From: Rhynchobatus australiae
Lineage: Eukaryota
Direction of reading: 5' to 3'
DNA: 64,000 nt
Assembly (NCBI GenBank): GCA_034780895.1
Contig: JAUZTB010000002.1
Location: 82,025,794-82,089,793, forward strand
The number at the start of each line of letters is the position of its first letter. Within the stretch, counting starts at the first letter, position 1. The translations under genes were made by a program, and so were the position numbers. Under the pieces are notes generated by a model. The model had not been told where the DNA came from. It saw nothing but the letters and a program-made list of their open reading frames with translations, and searched no databases. Shown here one piece after another: positions 40,650 to 54,400 of the stretch.

Positions 40650-42550
40650 TTAAGAACACAAGAGAGTAAGAGCACAGGCCACTGGCCAACCTGCCCCAGG
40701 CTTCAACTCCTCTTCTGTGCCAATTTCCCATGGACCTCAACTCTACAATCTTTCAAAAATGTATTCACCGCCTCTTTAAATACCCCCGGTGATCTTCCTC
40801 TTCTATAAATACCCCTAATGATCCACCTCCACAACCCTCTGGGGCAGAGAATTTTGAAGATTCACCACCCTCCGTAAGAAGAAATTCTTATACACCTAGT
40901 TTTAAATGAACAACCTCCTATCTTGTGACTATGTCTCTTGTTGGAAATTTCTCACTAGTAGAAACACCTCAACAACTACTCTGTCATGCCTCCTAAGGAC
41001 ATCTAGATGTTTCAATAAGATCATCCTTTGTTCTTCTAAACTCAGAATACAGATCCATCTTCTTTAGCTGTTCATGATAGGACAACCTTCTCTTCCCAGG
41101 AGATAGCCCAGTAAATCTCTTCTGGACCGCTTCCAATGCTATATCTATTTTCAACAAAGAGGACAAACCTATCCACAATACACCAGGAGCAGACTCACCA
41201 ACACCCTGTACAATTGTAACAAAATTCTATTTTTACTCTCCAACCTCCTTGCAATAATGATTAACATGCTATTTGGTCTCTTATCCACTTGCTGCAGCTG
41301 CCTAACTTTTTGTGATTCATGCACACAAGAGCAACTAGATCCCTTTGTACTCCACTCATCTGCAATCTCTCTCCATCTCTGCCTTAACCTAAATACATCC
41401 CATTACAGATTCAGAGTCTTCTCTTCACAGTCTACTTTCCCACCTTTTTCTGCATCAGCAGCAGGCTTGGCTACAATATACTCATTTTTGTTTCATTTAA
41501 CTCATTAACATAAAGTCAAGGCCAAGATAAATTCCCATACGTTACAGCTTGCCAGCTTGTAAATTACCCATTAATTCGTCTTCTCACTGCTTTCCTTCTA
41601 TAAATCAATCTTTATCATAGATTCCATATTACTATCAACATTATGGGTCCTTTTTGATTATTACCCTTATATAAATTTGTGTTGACTCTACCAAATTGTG
41701 TTATGATTTATCAAATATCTGGATTACAGTGATTTCCTGATGATTAATGTTAAGCTATCTGCTTCTCTTTCTCAAAAAGCAGTGTTATATGTGCTGTTTA
41801 CCAATTAGCTGAAACCTTTCTAGAATCAAAGAACTTTGGAGGACCAATGCATCAACTAACTCTGCTGTCGCCTCTTTCAGAACCCTGGGACCTAGGCAAT
41901 TCGGTTTGGTGAATTTGTAAGCCTTTAGTTCTGCTAATCTGCCAGCTAATTTTTCCTGCATATTGCCTTAAGTTCCTCCTTTTATCACCAGCTCACCTAC
42001 AGTTTTGGTATTGTTTTTAGTGTCTTCTGCTGTGAAATTCAAAATGCAAGCTCAACATTTCTGCCTCTTCCTTTTTCCACTGTGTTAGCTTCCAAGAAAC
42101 CAATGTTGCTATATTGCTTCCTATATTGCTTTTTACATATGTTAAAATCCTATTTTATATTGCTTTCTGATTCACTTGCATGTATTATTATTTTTCCTCT
42201 CCACTGATTTTTAGTCAGCCTTTGATGGTTTCCAAAATTCTCCTAATCACCTAATCCTGACTTTTCACAATTTTAAAGCCTATTCTTTCAATTTAATGCC
42301 ATCCTTAAGATTTTTAGTTGCAAGCAGATAGGTCACATATAAAATTAAATGTATTTTCACTGAGAGTTATTAATCATTTTTAAATTGCCAGTATTTATCT
42401 GCAATCACTCCTTTATGTCTCATTTCCCCACCTATTTCAACCAATTCTTCTCTCATACCTCTTCGATTCCCTTTTAGCTTTTTTCTTAAATCAGCAGTGC
42501 CATATTAGTAGCCTCTATTCAGGGGAACTACATCTTTAGCCAATGAGGAT
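40650..42550 (-). mobile_element. CR1 LINE, degenerate
   Basis: DIALEAVQKRFTGL..LSYHEQLKK..DLIET; similar to 55490-57885. Confidence 0.8.
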
Positions 42551-44669
42551 CTAAAAATTAGAGATCCTGTATTATTTCCTGCCTTGCATTTTTTATGAGC
42601 CAGATGATTAATTCACTTTTGAGGATTATAGACCCCTTAGTCCCTCTCATTCTCTGTTTACTATTCTCATTACTTCCTATAAAGACCATAAGATATAGGA
42701 GCAGAATTGAGCCATTCGGCCCATCAAGTCTGCTCCACCATCGGACATTCCTCATATGTTANNNNNNNNNNNNNNNNNNNNNNNNNNNNNNNNNNNNNNN
42801 NNNNNNNNNNNNNNNNNNNNNNNNNNNNNNNNNNNNNNNNNNNNNNNNNNNNNNNNNNNNNNNNNNNNNNNNNNNNNNNNNNNNNNNNNNNNNNNNNNNN
42901 NNNNNNNNNNNNNNNNNNNNNNNNNNNNNNNNNNNNNNNNNNNNNNNNNNNNNNNNNNNNNNNNNNNNNNNNNNNNNNNNNNNNNNNNNNNNNNNNNNNN
43001 NNNNNNNNNNNNNNNNNNNNNNNNNNNNNNNNNNNNNNNNNNNNNNNNNNNNNNNNNNNNNNNNNNNNNNNNNNNNNNNNNNNNNNNNNNNNNNNNNNNN
43101 NNNNNNNNNNNNNNNNNNNNNNNNNNNNNNNNNNNNNNNNNNNNNNNNNNNNNNNNNNNNNNNNNNNNNNNNNNNNNNNNNNNNNNNNNNNNNNNNNNNN
43201 NNNNNNNNNNNNNNNNNNNNNNNNNNNNNNNNNNNNNNNNNNNNNNNNNNNNNNNNNNNNNNNNNNNNNNNNNNNNNNNNNNNNNNNNNNNNNNNNNNNN
43301 NNNNNNNNNNNNNNNNNNNNNNNNNNNNNNNNNNNNNNNNNNNNNNNNNNNNNNNNNNNNNNNNNNNNNNNNNNNNNNNNNNNNNNNNNNNNNNNNNNNN
43401 NNNNNNNNNNNNNNNNNNNNNNNNNNNNNNNNNNNNNNNNNNNNNNNNNNNNNNNNNNNNNNNNNNNNNNNNNNNNNNNNNNNNNNNNNNNNNNNNNNNN
43501 NNNNNNNNNNNNNNNNNNNNNNNNNNNNNNNNNNNNNNNNNNNNNNNNNNNNNNNNNNNNNNNNNNNNNNNNNNNNNNNNNNNNNNNNNNNNNNNNNNNN
43601 NNNNNNNNNNNNNNTCATGTCCTCTTTCTGCCCTCATAATTTCCTTCCAAATTTTACCTCTGCAGCTAGTGTGCTCTTCTAGGTTTTGTGGATAGTTAAA
43701 CTTTTTCATTAGCCTCTCTGTCTTGCTCTACTCTACCCTGTATATCCATATCCATGAGTGTTGGGAGTTGAGTATTTCCTTTTTTCTTTTTATGGGAACA
43801 TAAATGGTTCTCACTGCTTTGACACTGATGTACTTTCAAGTAGCTGTTATTAATCCTATTTCCTTTTCATAACTATGCTAATTGTAATTAGAGTTGTCCT
43901 CTCTGAGGAACTTTCCTATTGTCATCCCTGCCTAACCTCATTTCCTAAAGCAAAGTCCATCCAAAATATGAACCTTGAGCTTATCCAGTTGACAACAAGA
44001 ACTACAATGCAAAAAGCATCCTGAATTTCCCACACGGCATAGGACGTGGATTCAACAAGAATGAAGAGCCTTGTCATGGTATTTGCTAGAATAATTAAAA
44101 TCCAATGAACAAGAGAAGAAAAAAAGATACTCAGCAACTAATCGATTTCCTTGTGATGAATGATATCATTCAGTTTTCTCTCAAGGCCTTGGTGTCATCA
44201 CAGGTTTGCTCCCAATGCTGTACTCAGGTACATTGAGTTGAGGCAGCTGCCTGCACACCTTCCCCCTTCTAAATGTAAAACTAAGTTAAATTTCATTCAG
44301 AGATGGTCATCACCGTTAATACCACTCCTTCAGCCATGTGTTCAAATCTGATCTGTTCAACATCATTCAGATGGTGATCCACAGATTATCTCTGTGGATT
44401 TATTTATTAATTTTCATCTTCATTCCTCATACTCCCTCTTTCTTAGTCCTACCAATATCACTGATTCTGTTGTAGACCAGAACAACTGAATTTTTTTCAT
44501 CTCAGGCAATAACCTGGCCTTGAGACATACACTGGTAGCTATTGAGAACAATACCTATCCCTGGGCTACTGTATTCTTTCACTTCCACTTTTTGTTCTAC
44601 TTTCTAAACCGGTGAAGCAATTGAACAGACAGAGGTGTGGCCAACTAAAGTTAGTCTTCTCCTATGAAC

Positions 44670-45105
44670 TATTTGAACGTAGAACAGTAGTGCACAAGGA
44701 CAGGCCCTTCAACCCACCATGTCTGCAGAGACCATAATGCCAATCTCATCTAATCTTCCTGCATAGAGTCCATGACTCTCTATTTTCTGCCTGTTCACGC
44801 ATCTGTCCAAATGCCTCTTAAATGTCACTATCATATCTGTTTCTACCACTACCACCCGCCCTCAACCCCCTAGACAGCTACCACACTGTGTGTAAAAATA
44901 AATTCCCTCACAAATATCCTCTAAAATTTCCATCTCTCACCTTACCGTAAACGAATGCCCTCTTGTATTTGACATTTCCACTTTGGGAAAAGGACTCCTA
45001 CTATCTACCCTGTCTGTGCCTCTCATAATTGTATATACTTCTATCAGGTCTCCCTTCGGCAACCGACACTCCAGAGAAAACAATCCAAGTGTGTCCAACC
45101 TCTCC
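44670..45105 (-). mobile_element. CR1 LINE 3' end
   Basis: Reverse strand reads GDLIEVYTIMRGTDRVD..KGIR; 3' tail near 44670. Confidence 0.85.
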
Positions 45106-45109
45106 TACC

Positions 45110-45590
45110 TAAAAAAGGATATGGTAACATTGGAGGCAGACTAAAGGAGATTCACTAGACTAATTCCTGGATAACAGGGTTGTCTTATCAAGAGAGGCTA
45201 TACAGTTTAGGCTGGTATTCCCTGGAGTTTAGAAGAATGGCGGGTGATGTTTTTTTTAAATATGTAAGATCCTCGCAGAATAGATATTGAGATGTTTCCA
45301 CCTGCAGGAAAGTCATAAACAAGAGGGCATCACTAAGAAATAAGGGACCTTTCTTTTCTTGAGGGGAGTGAATCTCTGGAATTCTTTGCCCATGATAGTA
45401 GTGGAGACAAGATCATCAGATATTTTTAAGGTGGAGATAAGTAAATATTGTAACAGTTGAAGGATTGAGTTTATGAGAAAGTGGCACAGAAGAGGAGTTG
45501 AGAACAGTGTAGATCACTCATGATAATATTGAATGGCAGGGCTAGCTTGAGAGGCATGGTAGCCTACTACTGTTTGTACTTTGTGTTCTT
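45110..45590 (+). mobile_element. CR1 LINE 3' end, different subfamily
   Basis: RFTRLIPG.GLSYQERL..LYSLEFRRM; tail attgaatggcagggctagcttgagaggc. Confidence 0.85.
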
Positions 45591-45599
45591 GTATCAGAA

Positions 45600-45855
45600 C
45601 TATTTCTGTCTGTCGTCATTTCGGCTCAGTTTTTCTTTCTCTCAGTCATTTGGTCTCACCTCATCAGAGATATTCCCTTTGTTCTACCCATCCCCCTCCC
45701 CTACCTTCCCTGCTACTGAAACTATCTTGTTTTCTCTCCTTCCCAGTTCTGATGAAGGGTCACAGAGCTGAAACGTTAACTGTTTCTCTTTCCGTAAATG
45801 TTGCCTGACCAACTGAATGTTTCCAGCAATTTCTATTTTTATTTCAGATTTCCTG
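45600..45855 (+). mobile_element. Penelope-like terminal repeat with hammerhead-like motif
   Basis: cagtt-CTGATGA-..-GAAAC-gtt-aactg at 45744-45782. Confidence 0.65.
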
Positions 45856-47034
45856 TGTCTAAATGTTTTTTTTTTGATTTTCGACAAGACACACATTTGG
45901 ATTAAATCATATCTTAAGAAGGTGATGATTAATTTCTTCATCTTTCATATTAATCCTTGAACCATAAAACTGAGAGCTGATCATTTTTAACTCCATTCTT
46001 AAATCTCATCCTTAAAACAAGGAAACATAAAAGGAACATGGCTTTTCCCTCTTGCACTGGTTATTGCATCATTTACCCAGCACAGACTAGCCTGCTTAAT
46101 TTGAAATTTTGAACTGCTGAATTTGAAGCCTATAACATTTTAAATGTCTTTTTCGGTGTGCATTTCCAGTCTCTATGAATTGCTTCTCTGTATTACCACT
46201 ATGAAGATAAAATAGTATACATTAGGTTCAATTGGTTCATCTGATAAGGGTTGCTTTCTTACTCAATAACCTGCATTCATGATTAATTCTTTTTAAAACC
46301 AATTATCCTGCTATCCAGTATCTCATTAAACAAAATACATTCAATGCCATGCAGGAATGCATATACTCACGCTAACTATGAGCTCTGAGTATGCTCTAAA
46401 AGCACAGGCATAATATCTCTCACAACTCCTTTAAACAATTACATCAACAAATTATTCACTTTTAATACAGCAAAAATGGTAATGAAGCTGCCTCTTAGTT
46501 TCATTCAGATCCTGCTATTACACTTCATATATTGTGAAAATAAATCACGTTATCGATTGGGAGAATTGTGAATCCTATATCAGCAATATCATTGATGTTG
46601 ATGATTAAAAAATAAACATCATTTTGATAATGTTCAACACATGAGAATTGGTAAAATAATGATGATGCACATTTAATAGTTAATTACACAGATATCAGTT
46701 GGGTAAGAACATGTGAGCTGTGTTGCTTTCCATTTGAAGAATTTAGGAAATTGCAAATAAATAACATGCATTTCTGCTTCACTTGAAATCCTCCCATTCA
46801 TCGGAACCACCAGCATACTACTGTGGTCCAACCTTTTAGCCAAATTTTAGAAAGAAGTCGTCTAAATGATAATTATTTTGTGTACGATGATGGTTCTAAA
46901 TGGCATATTTGAAATGTTGATAGTTGTTAGTCCAGGGAATTACCTTAGAACTAGTTCTATGCTTGTTAATCATTCCATATGAACAGGATCAGTAAAGTCT
47001 TGACTGAACCCTTCAGTCAAATCACATACCAACA

Positions 47035-49970
47035 GATCTAGTACAACTGCAGCCACATAGCAAGGCAGAACCATCTTGCTGGTTGTAGTCAAGGTCAAAG
47101 TTGCCCTGAACATCTTTGCCATGAGTTCCCTCATCTGTGTACCTTTAACATATTACAAGTTTCAGCACACCTCTGCATTAGGGAAGACACAGAGGTGCTT
47201 TACTGTAAGAGAAGAACATTCATCTCCTTTCTCCTAGAGAAAACAGCCAGCCCATATAAGGGGCTTTGCCAGAATTACAGACTTCCTGATTGTCCAGGAG
47301 CAATCACTTGTGTGCAAGTTGTCCTTGAAATTACCCCAAACCACCCAAAGATTGTCACTGACCAGGAGTTAAATCAATTAAAGTACAACTAGAATGCAAC
47401 CACAGCCTGAAAATCTTATGGCTTAATTCAAGGTACCTGGAGAACAGCCATCATAGCTTTATTACTGATCCTCAACATTTGATCCAACTGGCTAGACCAG
47501 CAGGTGGTTGCTATCTCCAATGACCTGGATACTCACCTATGCACCGGAGCTAAGTGGTCAAACAATGAGCCACACAGCAACTCATAAACTTAATTCATTA
47601 CACAATATCTGACCAAAAGCAAAGCTTCTGCTCCTTGGACAAATCTTATGGGACCTCACAGAATAATCGAGAGATGATGGCTAGATTTGCGGTGGGTAAC
47701 TACATTCTACAATAACTGGCAAAAATGCCTGCTCAAGCTCAACCAGAATCTGGGCACTGGAAGAAGAACTACAAGAAGAAGGGGAGGAAGAACAGGCAGC
47801 AAACAGAAAGAAACACATTAGTTTGGCAGAGATGGATACTTTGGCTTTACTTTATTGAAGACTGGCCCCNNNNNNNNNNNNNNNNNNNNNNNNNNNNNNN
47901 NNNNNNNNNNNNNNNNNNNNNNNNNNNNNNNNNNNNNNNNNNNNNNNNNNNNNNNNNNNNNNNNNNNNNGCCCCGAAATCACAACCACTGCATTTCCTAT
48001 TTTACTCTCTCACTGCAAATCATTTTGAATCCTTTTGTCCAAAATCACAATACACCAATTACTTTCCCGTTCTACTGCTCCTATGTGGTGTTCACCCGGT
48101 GACTGTAGCACGGCTGATTGAAGGCTCCCTATTGCTCCTGGCTGCTCCTGCAAAGGGTGGCTGGCATCACCTTGCAGCAGGAAAGTAACTTCACGATTTC
48201 CAGCACCACTCCAACGAACATCATCAATCCTAGTTAATATGTTTGAGAACAAATTCCTGGGCTGTCGTGACAGGCTACAAGCCCATTCAACTCTGGAACC
48301 AAATGTCACAATGGCAGCTGCCCAAGTCTACACTGCAGCACTGAGACATTGGGTAGCTTCTGCTTGTACTACACTGGAAATCAAGACAATGGCCAATGTT
48401 GCATGATGGTTGGTCAACTAATGTGGTATGGAGTTACCAATATTTTCCAAGCTCGACACAAAGCCATCTGCGAGGTTTAAGCTGGACTCATATTCCTTGA
48501 TATTCCATGCAGACTTTTGTACAATCGATCCACTATGTATTTCATTGTACATGCAGTTCAGCCTTGCTCTGTCATAGTCCTGATCTAACTCCTTTGCAAC
48601 CAAAATCATGTGCAATGTCACCCTTTCCTCCCATCCTGACTGTAAGCCACTGGTGCCCAGTGACTTGCTATAGATAGATATCACCCTATCACAAGTAGTT
48701 GTTGTTCCAGTAGCTGAATTTCTGGATTAAATAAAAGCTTCCATCCCAATGTTGTCCAACATTTTATCAAATGTGTCCTCTGCTACCTGAAAAATACAAG
48801 AGTGGTGCTCTGGAATAGAGGAGTCAACTGAAATGTTGACAATTTCTTTCCCCCAACAGATGCTGCTCAACCCACTGAATTCCTCCAGCAGATTGTTTGT
48901 TGCTCGAGATTCCAGCATCTGCAGTCTCTTATGTCTCCACCGGAGATACATGCCTTCAATATGCAGATCACATATATCAGAAGATATTGTGCAAGAAGTG
49001 TGGAAAATGAAGAGGAGGATGAGTCATAAGCATAGCGCCATCTCCCCAGTTTCAGCATCACCTACAGCAACGGTTTGTACAACTAAATCACTATATATAA
49101 CAACCACTCTCTCCTCCAGAACGACGAGCAAAAAGTACACTTGTGCTTTGCCATCTGCTACAATTGCCACATTGTCCTGCAAGAGATGGGGAAATGTGTT
49201 TGCCATTGACATGCAATATTCCTGGCCAATATTCTGGCTAAAGTTTAAGAAATGGCAATCTGTGATCAAGTGTGTGTTGGAGTACAGGCTGTCCCTGGGT
49301 TATGAATGCTGAATTTAAGGACACTCATTCATAGGAGTGAGCTCCCTTAGTATGAAATTCAAAATTTCAACATACATACATTTGTATGTCGAGTTCCTCC
49401 AGCATCATAGTGTGATGCTGCCTGGCCTGCTGAGTCCCTCCAACATCAGTGTTTTTCATTTACACACGTTTGTTCCCATTGAATGGCAGACATAGTTTCC
49501 TCTCTCTCGCCACTTTTTGTAATTGTTCTTTCTTATCAGTCTTATGTGATTTTGATGCCATTCATTACAAAACTGTGGAGGGGTGGTTACCGTATCGAGT
49601 GATTTTTATGTATTTTTCAGCTTATAGACAAAATCAACAAAGATGTCTGTATAAATGGAACCCATGCATTACCTGCGACAGCCTGTAGAGGTAAAAATGT
49701 GATCAGGCACATGACTTTTAAACAGGAATCCTAATTGCTGTTTACTAAATAATAACAACCTATTGCACTGTGCAATGTGAAAAGCCTTTGAAGCATTGAC
49801 CACTTATGTGAGCATTAAATGTCTTCTGGTACTGAATCCAGGTCCTTGCACTTCCCATTGATTGACTTCCTATGGAGCTTCTTCTGTGCAGTCCTTCTCT
49901 CCACCTCTTCCAATAGTACTTCAAGTGTTCTAGCAGAAAAATGGGAAGCATGCCTGCAGCGATTAACCTT
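47035..49970. mobile_element. Decayed PIF/Harbinger element: transposase (+, ~47040-47830) convergent with Myb/SANT gene (-, ~48010-49960), with nested insertions
   Basis: + strand LQPHS..RTILLVVVKVKVALNIFA, HLCIREDTEVLY..FISF, VQLECNH, RYLENSH, FCSLDKS and an acidic tail; - strand HASHFSARTLEVLLEEVERR. Confidence 0.8.
49285..49685. mobile_element. Tc1/mariner-pogo (Tigger-like) MITE, 401 bp
   Basis: TA|CAGGCTGTC...GACAGCCTG|TA terminal inverted repeats with TA target duplication. Confidence 0.8.
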
Positions 49971-50879
49971 CATGTAGCACAATGCTCTCCAATCTGTGGA
50001 AGGATTTCTACCACAAAGAATCCATTGATATATGTAATAGACTAAAACTGTTGGTTCCCACTGCAGAAAATACTTACCACCATTAACGATGGCAATGCTG
50101 GCCTGGTTACTCCAATCAAGACAATAAGGTCTAAAATTTCTCAGGTAATCAATACTGGCTCCAACGAGCACAGAATAGACAATGAGAGCTTTGCGCCAGT
50201 TCCCCAGTGACATCTAGTCACTTCTTTGTAAAATTCCTTAAACCAGATAAATACTTACACTGACAACCTTGCTTTAGAAGAAATTGTGTTGGGAACATCA
50301 ACCCAAATGATAAGAAGGATTAGGAAAACAGAAGTTTTCATTTCAACAGAAGAAATCATTACAAATCATCAGCTCCAAACCAGGCTGATGGACAGTCATC
50401 ATCAACAAGAAATATGCAATCCCCAACATTCCAGTCCCGAAAGGAAACTGCAGGTTATAAGTAGAATGCAGGAACATTCATCATCATAATCATCATCTCT
50501 ACCTTTCAACAAGCAGAGTTCTTTAACATTAGATCTAAAATTCATGACAGAGATCTGAAGTTCCAATAACTGTAAGAAACCAATTTACCATATCAAAATC
50601 AGCCTAAATCAAATCAACCAGATTCTTCATAATTGATCCCATAGGTTGGGTGGCCCAAACTGCAGTTTTGGACTACACCCATAGCCTTGGAAGGTTAGAA
50701 ACCATCAAACTTCATTTATTATTGAAAAATGAAATAGTTATTCTTAGTGTCTTTAGATATGTCAATCAAAGCCAATCTCTAGTCTTCCGTGGTGCTGTTG
50801 TGATGGTACACTGAGGCATCATACAGTATGCCCTTTGGTACTGTAAAGATTCTATTACCTTACTATATATCACAGGAAT

Positions 50880-51465
50880 TTGGAACCCAAAAAAAAAGAA
50901 CAGGTCAAACAGCATCCATGGAAGCAAAAGATCTAAGTGTCTAAATCAACGTTTAGGGTTGAGACCCTGCAACAGGAACAAAAGTTTGTCAGTATATAGT
51001 AGTACGCCCCGTGGGGACGTACTTGTACGCCCTTGTACACACAAGGGGGGTGGGGGGGTGTGGTGGGGGGTTGGCGGTTAGTAGAATAGAATCTGGCAGG
51101 TGCTAGGTGGAGCCAAATGAAGAGATGCTGATGAGCAGATGGTCCAGTGGTGCGGGATCAGGTGGAAAAGGTAAACAAAGGAAGAAGAGAACAAAGGAAG
51201 AAGGTGATTGTGTGTGGGAGCAGAACACTAGGGGTCCACCTAGTTTTCTTCTCCCTTTGTTCACCTTCCCCATCCCCTGCTCATATCTGGCTCTATCTGC
51301 CCATCTTCCCTTCCCTATCTGGTTTCACCTATTACTTACCAGCTTCTATCTCCCACATACTGGCAATCTTTAGTCTTCCCTGATGTAGGGTCTCAGCCTG
51401 AAATGTCAGCTACACCTTTTGCCTCCACAGATGATGCTTGACCTGCTGAGTTCTTCCAGTGTCTG
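50880..51465. mobile_element. Inverted pair of Penelope-like terminal repeats
   Basis: cagcatccatggaagcaaaag..gggttgagaccctg mirrored by agggtctcagcctg..cttttgcctccacagatgatg; purine-rich left arm and pyrimidine-rich right arm. Confidence 0.65.
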
Positions 51466-54400
51466 AATCTTGGCCTTTTCTTTTAAACTAGTTGACATGG
51501 TGGACAATTATGTAGTTTGGGCACAGGCATCACAAAAAGATTCACTTTTGTTAGACTTTATGGAAAGCCTAGTTTTTGACAATAACCACTTCCATTCCAA
51601 TCAAATAGGAAACAGCAGATATTTTGTTCACAAATCATGATCAGTATTATATTAATAATCAGACTAACATTCTTACTTCGACAATAATTGGAAATAATAT
51701 GCCAGAAGAAACTGTTTCAGCATATCAGTCACAGCATCATGGTATGTAATCACCAATTTTACTTCAGGGTGCACAGCTAACCTGTGATGCTTGCTCAGTG
51801 CAAAAATGAAATGAGCTTCCTGATGTCCAATACTCAGGGAAAGCAGTAGTCCCCTAACATTTCCAGCTAGTCTTTGCTGTATTCTGGTTAATTTTCAAAT
51901 TAGATACACACCTTGTTATAAGGGAAGAGCACTGTATCAGATTTTTATTCCCATCAAAACACAAGGACTAGGTTGTTTCATTCACCTAACTCAATTTTCT
52001 CATTCACTCAATCTACTTGGAGAATCGGCTATTCTGGGAAAAACAAATGCAGTCAGTCCAATTTTGACCTAACAGGGTATTTTCATACTTTTTCTCTTTA
52101 TAGACATTGTCTTCTTAAGGTTCATTTGCAAATTACAGTGCTTAAATTATGGGAATTAGTTTACATTATGGAATTACATTCGGCACATGAAGGCCATATT
52201 GGCATCTTACAAAACCAATCCCGCTGTACTGAGATACAAAATGGAAGTTTTTGACCACTACCTCATAATTTCAATATACATAAAAACTACTTCTCATGCT
52301 AACACATTACAGAAGATACCTTGTATGCCAAGTTCCCAAATTGCTTAATTTCCAGTGCCAAAATTTAGCATTGGTCTTTCAACATCGCTCAAGAATAATA
52401 ATAATAAAAGTAACTGAGCAAGCTCCATAACAGCCATGGAGGGGAGATTGGCACAGATGTGGCTGAATAGCAACCCTTCATTTCATACAATAAATAAAAT
52501 AATTGGCCAAAACCACATGATCTGGTGCTAGGTTTAAAAACATATAGCCAATGGAGAGATGCAATATCATCTTCTGAGATTATGTTCAATTTATTCTTTC
52601 TCGTCTGTGTAAAGTCCCTGGCTTTATTACTTACAACCAGTTAACCTTACAACCATTGTAATGCTGGTTCTAAACATTAACAGCTGCAACCAAGTTTTAT
52701 TCAAAATTCAGCAGGTCTTTAAAAGGTAAAGGGTAGCATTTGTTTTACATCTAGAACACAAAAATTCTTACCAGGATAGTCCTTTTTGCAAATAGCCAGG
52801 AAAAAAAAGAGGAATATCCTTAAAAACCTCTATCACATTTCTGAAGGGAAGAATTATATGTTAAAATGGAAATTAATTATTTCAAACTGGGCAAAATTCT
52901 CTGCCTGTTACAACCTGAGTAATGCCTGATGCTTTATTTTTTACGAAATGTATATAATGTATTAAACTGTAGTCATAGACCACATCTCTTTTTAAGAAGT
53001 TTGTGCCCTTGCAATAATCTTCAATTTACATTCATCTCCATAGCCTCCATATAACTAATTGTTTTTATAAACTTCTTTAAAACTCTTCACAATACACAAG
53101 GAAATTCTAGAATTTCTTTGTGCACAGTCATAAAGAATTTTCACACTGAAGGCCCTAACACTGCAAGATTCCAAGGTATTTGATACAAAGAATTATGTTG
53201 TCTATGATTGGGCAAATGAATGCCATGGGTAGCTTCTCAATTTTCTTCCCCTGTAGTTGTTAATTCGCTGACAGAGTTTATACCATTGCACACTGATGAC
53301 AAAGACTTTTGGCAGCAATCATCTGTCTTTGCATTGGATAGTTGCCACCATCCTTCTGATACAAGAACACTGGGTATCTGTGGGAATGCATAAGGGATCC
53401 CTAACATAGAAAGGTTTTAAAAAAAAATTTGATGGTAGCATGTTTAGATGAAGAAACTGTTCTTGAACCACATTACTCAAGTGTCCCATGAACATTGGCA
53501 AATGGCAAAAATGGTCCTTTCATTTTGGCAAAGACTACATGGATAATATCAGCCTCAGTCGAGAGAAACAAATAAGATTTCAGGCACACAATATTGTAAT
53601 TCCTCGAAAAACATTAACCAGGTTAATTCAACTAAAATAGCTATCATTTTGCACAGTCATGATTCAGTGTGAAGTTCAGTTGCAATTCAGACATACCAAT
53701 TTCCAGTAGAATGGTTTGATTTTACTCATTACTTGACACATGGGTTTGATGTTACAAGAGGGTAAAAATGGTAATACTTCAAAAGCCAACACCTTGATGT
53801 CCTCAAGAAAACAAAATAGGTGAGGAAAGAAGCATAAGAAGAATAGGTACGAAAGGATTAGAGGCAGAGGCATGTTGCATATGCTTTTGATTTTTCTTGA
53901 ATGATTTTACACTATTAGTTTAGGAAAGACAGAAATTCTGACACGATAAGCATAGATATGCAAGCAGGACTCTTTCACTGACCTCTCTGCTCACCCAGTG
54001 CAATTTCAAATGAATGAAGAGAGCAGGAATCAGCTCTTTTCAATTAAATATAAATGTTTGCACTTGGACAACCAAATTTTGCTTGTATGCTTTTAAAATA
54101 AAATCAGAACAGAAAAACTGCATTTATAGGACCAGCAATCCTTATTGGCAGGGAATTACATCTTCCAAGAGAACGCAGTTATTCTGGTATGTGCTTTCTC
54201 TATTTAGTGTTAAATCCACACACATGAAGCTACTGAACCAACACCAGAATAAAGGCAACTGATAGAAATGGCTTATTTTAGTGCAGAAATTAGAATATGG
54301 GTGATACACGAAGCCAGAAAAATGTTGGCCAGGTCAACAAACTTCGCAAATGTGACCAAGTTCCAAGACTGAGCTTTGATCACTTTAGTTTGGGAAGATT

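Noticed and set aside
42558-43709. Long ORFs (also near 3.2, 33.6 and 54.8 kb)
   Set aside because: Made of N runs translated as X
44670-45590. Back-to-back CR1 fragments as a single inversion event
   Set aside because: The two 3' tails differ, which points to independent insertions
48730-48790. VAEDTFDKMLDNIGMEAFI as an RGS helix 1
   Set aside because: Lies inside the Harbinger Myb/SANT gene remnant and is better explained as transposon sequence
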